Counted from the first letter of the whole stretch, positions 24,780 to 38,507 are shown. The stretch: DNA of 61,694 nucleotides, filler included, from Nemertoderma westbladi (GCA_032718475.1; 3 parts of 3 records of this genome joined end to end with filler, not necessarily neighbours in it); one strand, 5' to 3'. The notes: generated by a model from the letters alone, not told the origin. A program made the numbers and translations.

Positions 24780-26290
24780 TTATTAAAGTTGTCTTGTCTC
24801 TCTTGAAGATTTTCCAACTCTAGATGGGTTGTCTCTTCAGATGCCCTCCGTTCTGCTTCTGCCACTGCTATTTTTCTTTCCGCTTCGGCCGCCTTTCTTT
24901 CCGCCTCTGCTGCTGCCACTTTTCTTTCCGCTTCGGCCGCCTTTCTTTCGGCTTCTACTGCTGCAGCTGCCGCTTTTGCCTCTGCCGCTGCCGCTTTTGC
25001 CTCTGCCGCTGCCTCTGCCGCTTTTCTATCCACTTCTGCCGCTTTTCGTTCCGCTTCTGCCGCTGCCACTGCCGCTGCTGCTGTCTTTCTATCTTCTATA
25101 CGTTTTTTCTTTACTTGTTCTTCTTGAACCTTAGCGATGCGGATGCTTTCATTGAATTTAGCTTGGTTCGCAGCTAACCTATCCACATCGATTGCGTCCA
25201 ACACACGCTGGGCTCCTTCACTATTAGGGCTAAGCCCCTCTAACCTTCTCCTCAACTCTTCATCACCTAAAAAACGTTGATAGTCTGACAGATAGATGTC
25301 AATGGCATCCCTCTTATGCGGCTTCTCTGCCGTCGCTTCACTTTCCAATTGGGAAAAAGTAGCGTCTGTTGATTCTCCATGGGTTGAGCGCTCCTCCAGC
25401 TGAGCTTTCCACTGAGCCGTTCCTTGAACCTGGAGACTCACCCGTTGAAACCAAGTCTTTACGGCAACTTGCAACGACGTGTCTTGTCTTCTTTTAGAAG
25501 CCTCCTCAAAGGCCGATAATATTAGTCTGATTCGCAGAATTCTTTCTCTAACTTGATAAAGCAGTTGTCCCTGCTCTTGAGGTCCTTGGGGTTGTTGAAA
25601 CAGTTGCTTTTCTACTCGCTCCATAGAGCTGAAGAATCCCTGTGTGTATCCGGCTGCGGACCTCTTCCACACAGCTGGATTGATGGTTTCCTTGGCTACT
25701 CCCATCCGGTGTATGTCTTCCCAGGCAGCTTCTGATAAATCAAACGGGAGTCCGGGTCCGGGGAAGTTCCATTGCGACTCGACAATAGACTTCAGTTCTT
25801 CCCTTGTGTATCCCGCATAACTATCTTTAGTTGATCGCTGACTTCTCGCCCAATCGATCTGGTGTTCTTCCACCGCGATCAATATCCTAGTGAGTACGGC
25901 TGCAGGCAGGATGAGAAGGGGATCCGAATAAACCGCATCCGTCATCTTTGCTCCGCGCTCGGATGTCAGCTCTACAGTATCCTCACTACTGGAGCTGTCG
26001 GGCCGCTGAGGAATAAATTCTTGGCTCGCGGGTTGTTGCTGTTCCGCTGCTTCTTGGTCCCGCTTGACCTGAGCTCGAGTGCCTATGATAGACCTATGGT
26101 GTTGGACCAGCCTAGGTTCTGATATTACTACTGTAGGGATGACCTTGCTTACAGTAGGAGGGGACTTGGACTTTGGTCTCAGACGCTCTATACTCTTAGC
26201 TGAGTCCCAGATCTTTTTAAGACCCTGTCTAACACTCATTCTAGCACTTTCTAAGAGGCTATCTGACAATGTTTGTTTTGTGTCAGACAT
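24780..26290 (-). CDS. Intronless ORF >500 aa with an Ala/Glu/Lys coiled-coil repeat, truncated by the gap; unknown, possibly retroelement gag-like
   Basis: Uninterrupted ATG-initiated frame; AEAERKAA-type repeats near the visible C-terminal end; no recognisable domain. Confidence 0.6.
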
Positions 26291-27619
26291 GTTTGATTGT
26301 ACAGTTGAATGCCTACTGCTATATTACAGTCTAAGCAAGTCTAGTAATTCAGCATCAACTGCCAGCCCAGTAATTAATTACCGATACTGCCACTCAGTGT
26401 AGCGTGATATATATATAATATTAGAATACCGGTATGCTTATAGTATATATAAGTATTATTAGTAACTAGAATTAATTACAGAATACCGGTATGATTTCAG
26501 CCTAAATTTATATATATATATAATAGGCCTATCGTGAATACCGGTATACAGCTTACACTTATAATGTATATATATAAGTATAATTACAGACTAGAATTAA
26601 TTACAGAATACCGGTATGATTTCAGCCTAAAATTTATAGAAATAAATATAATAAGCCTATTGTAAATACCGGTATGTCAATTATTTTAGAATAATTGAAT
26701 TTCTGAATTTTAAGGGTTACTTGGTTACTTTAACTTACTTTATTACCGTTATTTAAGCAGTAGTCCAACTGATATTGAGACCTAATTGTTGTATGGCAGG
26801 CCTACTATTTATAAATTGTTTGAGTTGATTTATAATATATATACCCGTTAAAATGGGTTTTTGTCAATATTTGAAATAAATGTTATTATTTCTGGGGGAG
26901 TCACTACACAGAAGCTGTGTGCTCTCAGTGGAGTGCTACTTGTTGGACATTAAAACAAATAATTCTAATTTACCTAAGTTACTTAATACTACAAATTACG
27001 TACAATTCGGGTTGAGATTACAATCTCTAAATAAACACAAAAATTTACAAGTACGAATTTTTAGGGTGATTTTACAAGAATTCTACAACCAGCCTAACAA
27101 AGGGTTAGAATATCTGGTTATTACAACTGACAGGTTACTACGGTATTTGAAAATAATAAGTAGTAGTAAATATACTGCGTTGTCCAGATAGGAAAATACC
27201 ACCGCCTGACGACCTATAAACGTATCGCTATAGGTACTACGTTATGTATCACGGAGTGTTCCTACCTAGAGATTAATTACCGCGGTCTACCAGAACCAAC
27301 GTGCCTATTAACCACTTTACAACACAAATATACTGCCCACACACTAATCACCTTCGGAAAGTACTGTACACTAAACCCTAAATTAGGTACAAGTACTTGT
27401 ACAACAAATAATCAGTAGTTAAAAATACTTGAACAGTTAAAAGAACCACGGTATCTGCCGGAGTGACCAAAGCATAAAATCTCTAGTCTTTACCTACGCC
27501 GAGCAGCCCTGATGTAGTACCGGGGTTAGTTTAACTATAACGGTATGTATAACAAACACAATTACTGTAGGAATAAACTTGGGGATATGAATGTTGCGAA
27601 TAGTCGCATAAACTCTGAA

Positions 27620-28190
27620 TAATAAATATTACGCTACGCGTACAGACTATTCAAACAAAATGCAGACCAAATACTGACAGACTACTATCAAGCCTAAACA
27701 AACCACGGTATATGCAGACTCCGAAATGATTAGTTAGTATGCGTTCTAACCCAGTAGTACGACTTATTCTTTCACAGGGGGTTTACCTCACAGCACTTGA
27801 AGCCCCTACTTTCCTAACTTAGCACTTTATCGGACAGATGCTCTACACACACCGAAATTTCCTCAAACCCAACAACAGCCAGACAACTATCCAGCCTACA
27901 AATTATCTAAATAAAATTATACGCTACCCATACAGAATACACAAACAAAGTACAGACCAAACGCTGGCAGACTACTATCAAGCCTAAATAAACTACAGTA
28001 TGTGAAGATTCCAAAATGGTTAGTTAGTATGCGTTCTAACACGGTAGTACGACTTATTCTTTAGGTGGGGATTGACCTTACAGCTCTGGCTGCCCCTACT
28101 TCCTAACCGTACTTTATCGGACAGACTCTACACACACTGCAATCCGTTCAGACCCAACAACAGCCAGACAACAACAGTCCAGCCTACAAT
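27620..28190. repeat. Diverged ~290-bp tandem duplication
   Basis: cagactactatcaagcctaaa...ttagttagtatgcgttctaac...cccaacaacagccagacaac occurs twice; a smaller ~130-bp duplication lies at 26420-26690. Confidence 0.75.
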
Positions 28191-29741
28191 TGTCTGTATA
28201 GACTGAGCAAGATTACACGCCTTCTGCTCAATACTGGCCTACAAATAAATAAAACTGACAGAAATAAGTAAAATCTCAATAAAAAACCAGGGCTGCAGTC
28301 CCTGATTAATTATTAAGGCCTACCGGTATATAATTATCAAAATCGAATAATACTGCTGTACCTGTACTGTAAGTACCGGTTCGGATGATCAGGCAGTCAG
28401 GCCTACTGGTTACAGCAGTACAGGTTACCGTTCGACCGGTACCGGTACTTTAGACTTGATTGCTTACACCGCAATCCAGAAGCAATATCTGTTATTGTTT
28501 TTACCAAAACAATATTAAACTGTATTTATTGCCTACACCGCAATCAGAACCGAATATCTGTTATTGTTTGCGCTTTTAAGACCTTTGACAGTTTAACCTG
28601 CCAAATTAGGATGTCTTTTAGATGATATATAGTCTTTAGCCTATGACGAGTATTTGATACACTACATTAGCCGAAGCCAGTCTATGCGCAATCATTCACC
28701 CGCTGGATATACCCGGGAGACTGAATTAGGAAGCTTAATGATTGATGGTGTAAGCCTACCGTATTATTCGACTGATCGTAATATATAATCTCTGACAAAT
28801 ATTATTCACTTTCGGGAAATATTAACAGTTCCTTTAGGACGTGGCGCTCTAAATATGTAAACAGAGTTATGACTTAAACCAGACGCAATGAGATGGCTAT
28901 AGATTCACGTATATGGCGCATTCTTTAGGAGATGCTTTGTTATCAGTCACAATCATACACAATGCTGCACAATGCTGCACACCAATCTGCCGACCTTCAC
29001 TAATTTTAGTCACATACAAAGAGAATAACAGACAATACATGTAGGGCCTATAAAATAGCATGAGATTCACTTCAAACCACTTAACATAGGTCGCAATCGT
29101 TTATCTGTAACCGGTCTCTCTAACCTTTAGTATATCAAGAAGGTTGGGTGTCTGACTATTGATCAGTATTCCAAATATAATCTTCCATCAACAAATATAA
29201 TGAATAACCGACAGCAAAAGCAGTAATGTTAAGTAAGATATGCATGATATGTTTAGTAAGCATTGATAAGGTAACTCGATTTGCATTGGTATGGTTAGAT
29301 AACAGATATACGTTCTATAATTAAGCCTACTAATGTAAGACTAAAGACTGAAACACGGAGGTGCCAAAAGCCGGTGTTCTTAGGCTCTGGGCAAAAACAT
29401 AACACTGAATTCCTGAGTTTCTGTATCCACCTCCAACACAGAGACAAAAAACGCTCTGATTGGTCGACCGAACAACGAGAGAACAAAGAAACAAAGAAAT
29501 GTCGACGTGGCAATATCAGCTGTTAGCCGTCGTCACGGTAGCGACAATGTTTTCAAGAGTATCGAGCTTATTGCGTCCCGAAATTGCGGATTATGTCCTC
29601 TAAAGTACAAATACAGAAGAAATGGCTTTTATGTCCTCTAAAACACCAGTACAGTAAGGACACGGCCTTTTTATGCCCAGTAAACCAACTACAGAGTACT
29701 TTACGGGGAAAATAACCGGCTAATTACGCAAAAGCTTTTAC

Positions 29742-29838
29742 ACTAGTAATAAAGGTTCGCGTATCGAGACCCCTAGTAATAAAGGTTCGCGTAGCGAGAC
29801 CCCTAGTAATAAAGGTTCGCGTAGCGAGACCCCTAGTA
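29742..29838 (+). repeat. 30-bp tandem repeat x3 (hairpin followed by CTAGT)
   Basis: ctagtaataaaggttcgcgtagcgagaccc. Confidence 0.85.
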
Positions 29839-30035
29839 TTCGCTCCGTTGGTGTTGGTGGTATGAATTTCCAGTTAGGTTTTAAAAGGCGGCTACGGCGC
29901 AATGGCGAAGTTGGTAAAGAGTTGGACTTGGAATCTATCAATCCCCACATTCCGGTAAATTTTTTTGGCTAGAGTTCCATTTGTATTAACATCCCAGTAA
30001 ATGTTTTTGATGCATGATTGTTTATTGTTAATTTC

Positions 30036-30133
30036 CATGGGTGATAGGGAGTTGTGGCGGCGCAATTTTGTCGACAAGCCGGCACATCATTCTTAAAAAT
30101 GCAGCTGCAATGCAGCATGCCGATCCTAGTAGT
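30036..30133 (+). mobile_element. ~100-bp extreme 3' end of the same RTE family
   Basis: Reverse complement of 14147-14243, including the stop, 3' UTR and tagtagt tail. Confidence 0.88.
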
Positions 30134-31207
30134 TAATTTTCGCATATTGCTAGGGAAACTAGTTCAAATTATTTTCATTTAATCATAAAGGTAACAGTTC
30201 CGTAAGTTGCCATGGCAACATTGTGGAGTTCTAGAACAAAAATATATGATATACACTATTCTAGAATTAATAGTAGTGGAGTATTTTAAAAAATATAATG
30301 TTCCTTATAGCTAGTTATTTTCAAATTTTGGTGAATGTTCTAGAACCGTAGTATATATTTATTATGGTAGCTTGTATTTTTTGAAATTTAAAAAATACGA
30401 TTTCTTTTTTTTTTGTTATTGGTTAAGTGTTCTAGAAAATTACTAAAAAAAATTAAAAAAAAATCAATGTTCTAGAAAAAAAATATTTGTTTTAGACATT
30501 ATTTCTTATGAATAGCCTGTATGTTCTAGAATAAATTAAAAAAAGAGTGGAAAAATCTAGCTACCATGCACTCATTAACAAAATGTTAATATTTTTTTTA
30601 GTAGTAAGATTGGTAGTTAGCCATATTCAAGGAGACAGTTCATGCGTTAGTAGAAGCTGACCTTTGCGCGATTTCGCGATTGTTCTAGAAGAACCTTGTT
30701 ACAGGTATTAAATGTAGGTACTGTACCGGTACTTAAAAATTTATATGATCGAATCTTTATATTGAATCTCAGGCAATTTATTCATTTTCCATTTTACTAG
30801 TTACTATAATTATTATAGCTGCTGCTTTTAACGTTATAACGTTGATTGGCAAGATAAGGTTAGACGTAAAACTAACAATTTTACATTCTATTTAATTAGG
30901 AAAGGAAAACTTACCAAGACTAAGAGTGAAAAAAGGACCATCGATTCTTCAACAATAATAACTTAATAATTTAAATTTGTTAATGCGGTACGACTTTTCA
31001 GGCATATAAACCGGTTGGCATACACAACCGACTACTCATGCTCGTTTGTATTATTGTTTAACAGATAACCAAACCAAAATAATTGCGGCTTATTCATACC
31101 TCAACATCATTTTTATATTTATAGTTAAATAAATTCACGATTTAAACCCAATAGAAATTCCCAAAAACTCTACCTACTCTTATATCTATTTGCTTATAAG
31201 AATTAAT

Positions 31208-32722
31208 TTATCCGTCTTCCACCATCGAGTTATTATCTAAAGTTTCGAGATTCAAATCCTCGAGCATTTCCGCGACCCTGATAACGGGCAGTTCGGGATC
31301 GTCCGGCTCTACGACGGCCTTGGAGGAATCCCGGTAGATATTAACGTTGCCTCGCAGTTCGACGTCCTCCTCGAGGTCCTCCAGGAACCCGATATACTCG
31401 ACATCAGTCGCGACGGATCCCGCCTCCTTGTCCAACTGCCTCAGCTTCCATCCGCGACTCGCGTGGCGCCGACTTCGATCTCCATAAACTTTCCGAATCA
31501 GCACAACGTCCGGAACGCTCTCCGGTTTCATCTTCACGAGCTCATCGTTGTTTATATTGGCCGTAGTGAAATCGTAGCCGCGGACTGTGTCCCCGGGATG
31601 GAGAACACGACCTAAATGGGTCCGGGTGAACAGCTGACGGCCAGAACCGAGTTCGTTGGAGCGGACCACCCAGACGTTGGCAAGGGAGTGAACGGAACTC
31701 ACGGAACCGGCGCCGGAACGACGAAGTTTCTCATCTTCGGTAACTTCCTCGACGTCCATAACGATAAACTCAACGAGACTTTTATTCCCCGGGAAGAGAG
31801 GCGGGAATAATGAGCGCCAATAGGCGTTGGAAGATACCTCGGCGATCTGGAGTGTCCAAGGGTCTATAAAGTGGAGGCAGTTGGAGACTTTAAGACAGAC
31901 GAGGAGTTGTCCGACATTCCCGAGAGAGTTGGCGAGATTCCTCGACAAACAAACTACGTTATCCTTACAGACCGGGACTATCTCTACCGCGATCGTGTGT
32001 TTATAGTTGCACACGTTATTCTGGAAGTCCTGCGAGATGAGCCGTTGTGACGTTTTATACTTACAAGGCACGACGGACTGCAGAAAATTAAGGAACTTAA
32101 CGGCTTCCGCTTTTGTCGGAAAGAAGAAATCGAGTCCGTCGCTCTCCTGTTTAACACGTGTGGCGGCCGCGTGGACTTCGTGTTTAATAATAAGTTGTTC
32201 CAAGTAGAGGAAGGTTTTCTTGTGGGCGGTTCGTTGTCTCACCTGCACCACCGCCTTCCAGAAATCCTTTGCTTCTACGCGATGGCAATCGGAACACATT
32301 TGGTTCTGCACAACGAACTCAACCACGGCGCTCTGCTCCGCTATCGCACCACTCGCGATTTCTCGCTGGATCGTGAGTTTAACTTTGATTCGTTTCGAAT
32401 GCGGTTCGGTCCAGAGAAACGCGGCGTCCACCAGACGGACTCCTGTCAGCGACGATTTCAGTTTCCGTAGACAGACAGCCAATAGCTCTCGTGATTCCAG
32501 TTGGCATAGCAACCACTGCGTGGGGGGCTGGAAGTATCTGTCGCAAGATTTACAATGTTGGAGGTTGGATTGCTTTGGAATGCTTTCTGTGATATCGATT
32601 TTATTTCGAACGCAAGCGACGCACATATTTGATGTGTTGGGTTCGATTGGGGTGCCGCAAAGGCAGCAGAGAATAACGTGAGAAGAGGACAAACCACCCC
32701 CCGGGGTGAGATCAACATCCAT
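31208..32722 (-). CDS. NMD3: 60S ribosomal export protein NMD3, single exon, 504 aa
   Basis: CCLCGTPIEPN..MCVAC and CKSCDRY..PP..W zinc-binding motifs; LESRELLAVCL, LVDAAFLWTEPHSKRIKVKLTIQ, CSDCHR, WKAVVQVRQ, HKKTFLYLEQLI, THLGRVLHPGD, FLEDLEED; Leu-rich C-terminal export-signal-like tail. Confidence 0.96.
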   Translation of the reverse strand: MDVDLTPGGGLSSSHVILCCLCGTPIEPNTSNMCVACVRNKIDITESIPKQSNLQHCKSCDRYFQPPTQWLLCQLESRELLAVCLRKLKSSLTGVRLVDAAFLWTEPHSKRIKVKLTIQREIASGAIAEQSAVVEFVVQNQMCSDCHRVEAKDFWKAVVQVRQRTAHKKTFLYLEQLIIKHEVHAAATRVKQESDGLDFFFPTKAEAVKFLNFLQSVVPCKYKTSQRLISQDFQNNVCNYKHTIAVEIVPVCKDNVVCLSRNLANSLGNVGQLLVCLKVSNCLHFIDPWTLQIAEVSSNAYWRSLFPPLFPGNKSLVEFIVMDVEEVTEDEKLRRSGAGSVSSVHSLANVWVVRSNELGSGRQLFTRTHLGRVLHPGDTVRGYDFTTANINNDELVKMKPESVPDVVLIRKVYGDRSRRHASRGWKLRQLDKEAGSVATDVEYIGFLEDLEEDVELRGNVNIYRDSSKAVVEPDDPELPVIRVAEMLEDLNLETLDNNSMVEDG

Positions 32723-32917
32723 CGTTCTTTCGTTATAATGTGTAGTGCTGTAGTGTTCTGTAACCGGTAACTACTGCTGTACTGCTAACTACAGAACTAC
32801 CAGCTTGTTAGTTCTGTAGTTGTCGTTGTCAGTAATACAGTAATAGGCTACTGCAGTACTGCTGTACTGTAGTAATACAGATTGCAGATAGCCCAGTCCT
32901 GCAGTCAGTCAGTCAGT

Positions 32918-35900
32918 GGTACGTACTAAAACTGTAAAAGGTAGAACGATCTATAACAGGCTATAACGATCTATAACGGGCTATACTATAACTTCCTATA
33001 AACAAGCTATAACCACCTATAACTGTATAACGAGCTATAATATGAAAATTTACATTAAAAAACGTCCCCTGGGTGTGTTTAACTTTTGGATTAACACGGT
33101 GGTCTGAAAAATACCGCGCAGGTTAAAAATTAGGGTAGGCGGCATATCTGCCTATGCCTAATTAATTGATACTGGTAAGTTTTTTTTCGCAATAATTTTT
33201 ATTCTCCATTTTTATCCTTTTTTTGTCAATTTTTTTTGATTTTTTATGTCATCCAAAAGTCTAATGTTAGGTTCCATGCTACCGGTTTCTCTACTGCTGT
33301 TCTCTCAGGCTATCAGTACCGGTTAGTATATATATAGCACTATTTTGCTGTATTGTATGTACAGATGTAGGTATAAAGCAGGTATTTCTGTATTTTAGTA
33401 CCGGCACTGGTACTGCTATAGGCCTACTGTGTAGCCTACCATTTAAATACGGTAATGGTAGGCCTACCGGTTGTGCTAATAAATTTTAAATAATTGATAG
33501 GCGAAACTGGATTGCAGGATTGTGGAAAATGTGGATATACCTTTCACATAATTTAGGCCTTACTGTATTAGTTTTATAATCAATAATGGATCATGACTAC
33601 TGTCTGAGTAGTGTTACGGATAGCGGCTCCACTACTTCCAACAGCACAGAAGGCCCGCCTCTGTAACCTGCCCCTTTCCCTCAATTAGTTAAATGATCGT
33701 TTATTGTTTTGGTTAGAAAATCCCGTCTCTGTAACCTGCTCCTTTCCCTCAATTAGTTAAATGATCGTTTATTGTTTTGGTTAGAAAATCCCGTCTCTGT
33801 AACCTGCTCCTTTCCCTGATTTGGTAAAGTGACTGTTTATTGTTTTGGTTGGAAAATCCCGCCACTGTAACCTGCTCCTTTCCCTCAATTAGTTTAAGTG
33901 ATCGTTTATTGTTTTGGTTAGGAAATCCCACCTCTGTAACCTGCTCCTTCCCTCAATTGGTAATGTTATCGTTTATTGTTTTGGTTAGAAAATCCCGCCT
34001 CTGTAACCTGCTCCTTTCTCTCAATTGGTAATGTTATCGTTTATTGTTTTGGTTAGAAAATCCCGTCTCTGTAACCTGCTCCTTTCCCTCAATTAGTTAA
34101 ATGATCGTTTATTGTTTTGGTTAGAAAATCCCGTCTCTGTAACCTGCTCCTTTCCCTGATTTGGTAAAGTGACTGTTTATTGTTTTGGTTAGAACCTTAA
34201 CCGCCTTAACCTGCTCCTTTCCATCAATTGGTAATTGTTTTTGGCTATAAAATGAGTGTTTTGCTACGTCATGTGGTAATCGATTATCGACAACAACCAC
34301 AAACTATTAAATATAGAGTCTTTTTACCACAGGCGCATATGGAAATCTATCTCATAGTCTATAAATCATGGAATCATGGAATGTTTTGGCACAGGCATAG
34401 TGAAATCAACTGTCTGACAGTCCAGAAATCAGCAGTCTGACAGTTTGAAGAAATACATACATAAAAAGTGACAATAAAAGTCATTAAATGGACAACAAAA
34501 GTCATTATGCATAATTCGTAAAAAAAAAGTGACAAAAAAAGTCAAATAAATTGACATAAAAAATCACTGCCGTTTTTTTTTATTGGCCTATATTGCTCAC
34601 TATATTCCTGTATTCTATATCGACCAGAAGCTGACAGCGGATAGCAGGATGGAGGATAGACAGAGAGATGTGGCGTGAGATGGGCGTCAAGCTTGGATCA
34701 TGCTTTTTATCTTGTAATTATTTTAGTTTAAATATATTTTATTAGTGTAAATATGTTAATTTGGTGAAAAATGTGGTGTCAGTATCGGCGTCTTTATTTT
34801 AACTTTTTTAGGATATTTTAAGATCGAATCCATATTTATTTCTGAATATTTTATTTAAATATAATTCGTACATCCACAGACAATCAAGATACTGTAGTTT
34901 TGGAAAAAATAGTCTCCACCTCTCTTGTATTGTTTCATTTGGAACTTTAATATGTTTCTTGTTGCAAGTTGTTAATGGCAGTATTTATGTGTTATTTTAT
35001 TAAGTATCAATAACGTTCCTTATTTTTATTTGGCAGTGATTTTTTATGTCCTTTTATTTGACTTTTTTTGTCATTTTTTTTTACGAATTATGCATAATGA
35101 CTTTTGTTGTCCTTTTAATGACTTTTATTGTCCTTTTAATGACTTTTTATGTATGTATTTCTTCAAACTGTCAGACTGATGATTTCTGGACTGTCAGACA
35201 GTTGATTTCACTATGCCAGTGCCAACACATTCCATGATTCCATGATTTATAGACTATGAGATAGATTTCCATATGCGCCTGTGGTAAAAAGACTCTATAT
35301 TTAATTAATAGTTTGTGGTTGTTGTCGATAATCGATTACCACATGACGTAGCAAAACACTAATTTTATAGCCAAAAACAATTACCAATTGATGGAAAGGA
35401 GCAGGTTAAGGCCGAGTTTTCTAACCAAAACAATAAACAGTCACTTTACCAAATCAGGGAAAGGAGCAGGTTACAGAGACGGGATTTTCTAACCAAAACA
35501 ATAAACGATCACTTAACTAATTGAGGGAAAGGAGCAGGTTACAGAGGTGGGATTTTCTAACCAAAACAATAAACGATCACTTAACTTATTGAGGGAAAAG
35601 AGCAGGTTACAGAGGCGGGATTTTCTAACCAAAACAATAAACGATCATTTAACTAATTGAGGGAAAGGGACAGGTTACAGAGGCGGAATTTTCTAACCAA
35701 AACAATAAACGATCACTTAACTAATTGCGGGAAAGGAGCAGGTTACAGAGGCGGGATTTTCTAACCAAAACAATAAAAGATCATTTAACTAATTGAGGGA
35801 AAGGGGCAGGTTTCAGAGGCGGGATTTTCTAACCAAAACAATAAACGATCATTTAACTAATTGAGGGAAAGGGGCAGGTTACAGAGGCGGGCCTTTCTAA

Positions 35901-37278
35901 CCAAAACAATAAACGGTCACTTTACCAATTCAGGGAAAGGAGCAGGTTACAGAGGCGGGATTTTCTAACCAAAACAATAAACGATCATTTAACTAATTGA
36001 GGGAAAGGTGCAGGTTACAGAGGCGGGATTTTCTAACCAAAACAATAAACGATCATTTAACTAAGTGAGTATCCGCTATCCGTAACACTACTTAGACAGT
36101 AGTCATGATCCATTATTGATTATAAAACTAATACAGTAATAGGCCTAAATTATGTGAAAGGTATATCCACATTTTCCACAATCCTGCAATCCAGTTTGGC
36201 CTATCAATTATTTAACATTTATTAGCACAACCGGTAGGCCTACCATTACCGTATTTAAATGGTAGGCTACACAGTAGGCCTATAGCAGTACCGGTGCCGG
36301 TACTAAAATACAGAAATACCTGCTTTATACCTACATCTGTACATACAATACAGCAAAATAGTGCTATATATACTAATACCGGTACTGATAGCCTGAGAGA
36401 ACATCAGTAGAGAAACCGGTAGCATGGAACCTAACATTAGACTTTTGGAGGACATAAAAAATAAAAAAAAAGGACAAAAAAAGGATTTAAACGGACAATA
36501 AAAATTATTGCGTTTTTATTTGTTACATGCACCTGGCCTATTCATATTAATTTTGCTTGTGGATTCTTTTCAGATAATTTTTGTGTATTTTTAACCTATC
36601 AGTTTTTAACAAGATCGAACATACCATTACCATTTTTTATTTTTATTTAACTGGAGTATTATGACGCTTATACTGTATATTATATTATATTCAATTATGT
36701 TCTTAGTTTCTGTATCAATTACGTTCTATATTCATTTTAGTTCAACTGCGAATCGAACATTGTTGTAAATATTTAATATTTAACACTAAAATTGCGTATA
36801 TTATATTATGTACTAAATGGCGTATATTGTGTACTAAATTGCCTATATTGTGTTAAACAGTAGCAATTGCACTATGATTGTCGTACTGTACTGTAGTTGT
36901 ACAAGCCATATACCTAACTGTAATGATTTGTATTTATTTTACTTTGTAATCCGCTAATTAACAAGTTCACGTTCATGGGAGACCTCTCCACTGCCAGACT
37001 GCAGCACTGCTGCTTGCTGCACTGTCTGATAGTCAGATAATGCAGTAGTGACATGCTGACAAATGCAGTAATGACCGATTTCGTGATACCACAATGATGA
37101 AAAGCATTATTAATTAAATTACTGTCTAGGAAAATAAATCCATTCTAAAATAAGTTTATTTATTGTAAATTTTCAGATTATAGCTCGTTATAGGTGGTTA
37201 TAGCTTGTTATAGGAAGTTATAGCCCGTTATAGATCGTCATAGCCCGTTATAGATCATTCTACCTTTTAGTACGTACC
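32918..37278. mobile_element. Foldback-type element with very long modular inverted repeats
   Basis: Outer IR 32918-33056 / 37163-37278; inner arms 33188-34572 / 35031-36512; spacer ~34573-35030; no transposase; TSD not identified. Confidence 0.85.
33652..36065. repeat. 68-bp subrepeat arrays in the foldback arms (about 8.5 copies at 33652-34240, about 10 inverted copies at 35385-36065)
   Basis: Unit ctgtaacctgctcctttccctcaattagttaaatgatcgtttattgttttggttagaaaatcccgtct; diverged copies also near 52160-52240 and 55905-56075. Confidence 0.9.
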
Positions 37279-38507
37279 CCATTCAGCCAGTAATCAGCAC
37301 TGAATTGCAACTAAATTGCAGTATTCTGGTATTGCATATACCGATGTAGCCGGACTAGGTAACAATTTCGGTAAAACGAATTTAGATCCTACAGCAGTGC
37401 AGCTGCAGCAGTGACTGTGACTGTAGGCCTAATAAATAGTGAGTTATATATGAAAATATTTTTGGAGGAATTTCTTAACTCCAAACTAGTATCTCTCTGC
37501 TGGATATCAGCAACACCCCGTATCCGTATGCACGCCCACCCAACTAAAAACCACCCCATATAGCCCAAGCCCGCACTCTGCACTCTCCTGGTACCGTAGG
37601 AAAAAAATATTTTCTTATATTTCGAGTATTATTTTATCTTTGAGTCATTTTAATTACCCTAAATTTGTAGGCCTACTTTTTTTACAGGATAGTATCTATA
37701 TTTCCCATCGTAAATTGAGATGAAGAACTCTACTGTATTTTAGTTTAGAGTATCCACTGGGAAACATTATTATAAAAAATAATGGAACTATTTTGTGCAT
37801 ACAACTAACTCTACATGACAATGAAAACAAACGGCGACAATTTCAGGCTGCTCAAACGGAATTTTGCAATTACTACAACTACTACAAGAAAATATGGTAC
37901 TGGAAACGGTTACGGTTTCCACTTGTAACGGTTACGAACTGACGAATGTAGTCAGAAGTTGCAGATGCCCAAATATAGGCATACCCTCGTTGGCCTCGTT
38001 CCCGATGCGATACAAACATACTGAAGCGACAAGCGCATTAGACAGGTGTACCCACGTATTAGGCAGGTGCACCGACTTCAGCTCCAGAAACCTTTGCCAA
38101 AGATCTTACCGAAAAAGTTTCCGGCCCATCCGAAAGTTCAAACACGCCCCTTGCCTTAGACTGATTAGATAGAGACGGAGGTACCCATTGCATTTAATCT
38201 TATGTACAGTAAATTGGCTTAAAAGGTTTGTCACATAATTATACTGGCTTACAGTGTTGTTTAGGATAAATAGTAATCATACTGTATGTATCGTCACAAT
38301 AATATCAATAATAGCTGCGAAGTAGCGAAGCCCATGTTCAATGTTCAGTATTAGAGTTTCTTTGCATTGGATTACTGTCGAGCTCATTCCCACCTATTAC
38401 ATTCATACAGTACAGAGACATAGTTTTATCAATAATTATTTTAGATTCAGATGGGTATGTTGCAACAGGTTTCATACTAGATCATAATAGATCGACTTAC
38501 CAGACTA

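Noticed and set aside
29893-29940. tRNA-like 5' half (ggcgcaatggcgaagttggtaaag)
   Set aside because: A-box-like sequence only, with no T arm or 3' acceptor strand; at most a SINE head remnant
37864-38172. 102-aa ORF
   Set aside because: Non-ATG start, no recognisable motif or splice support
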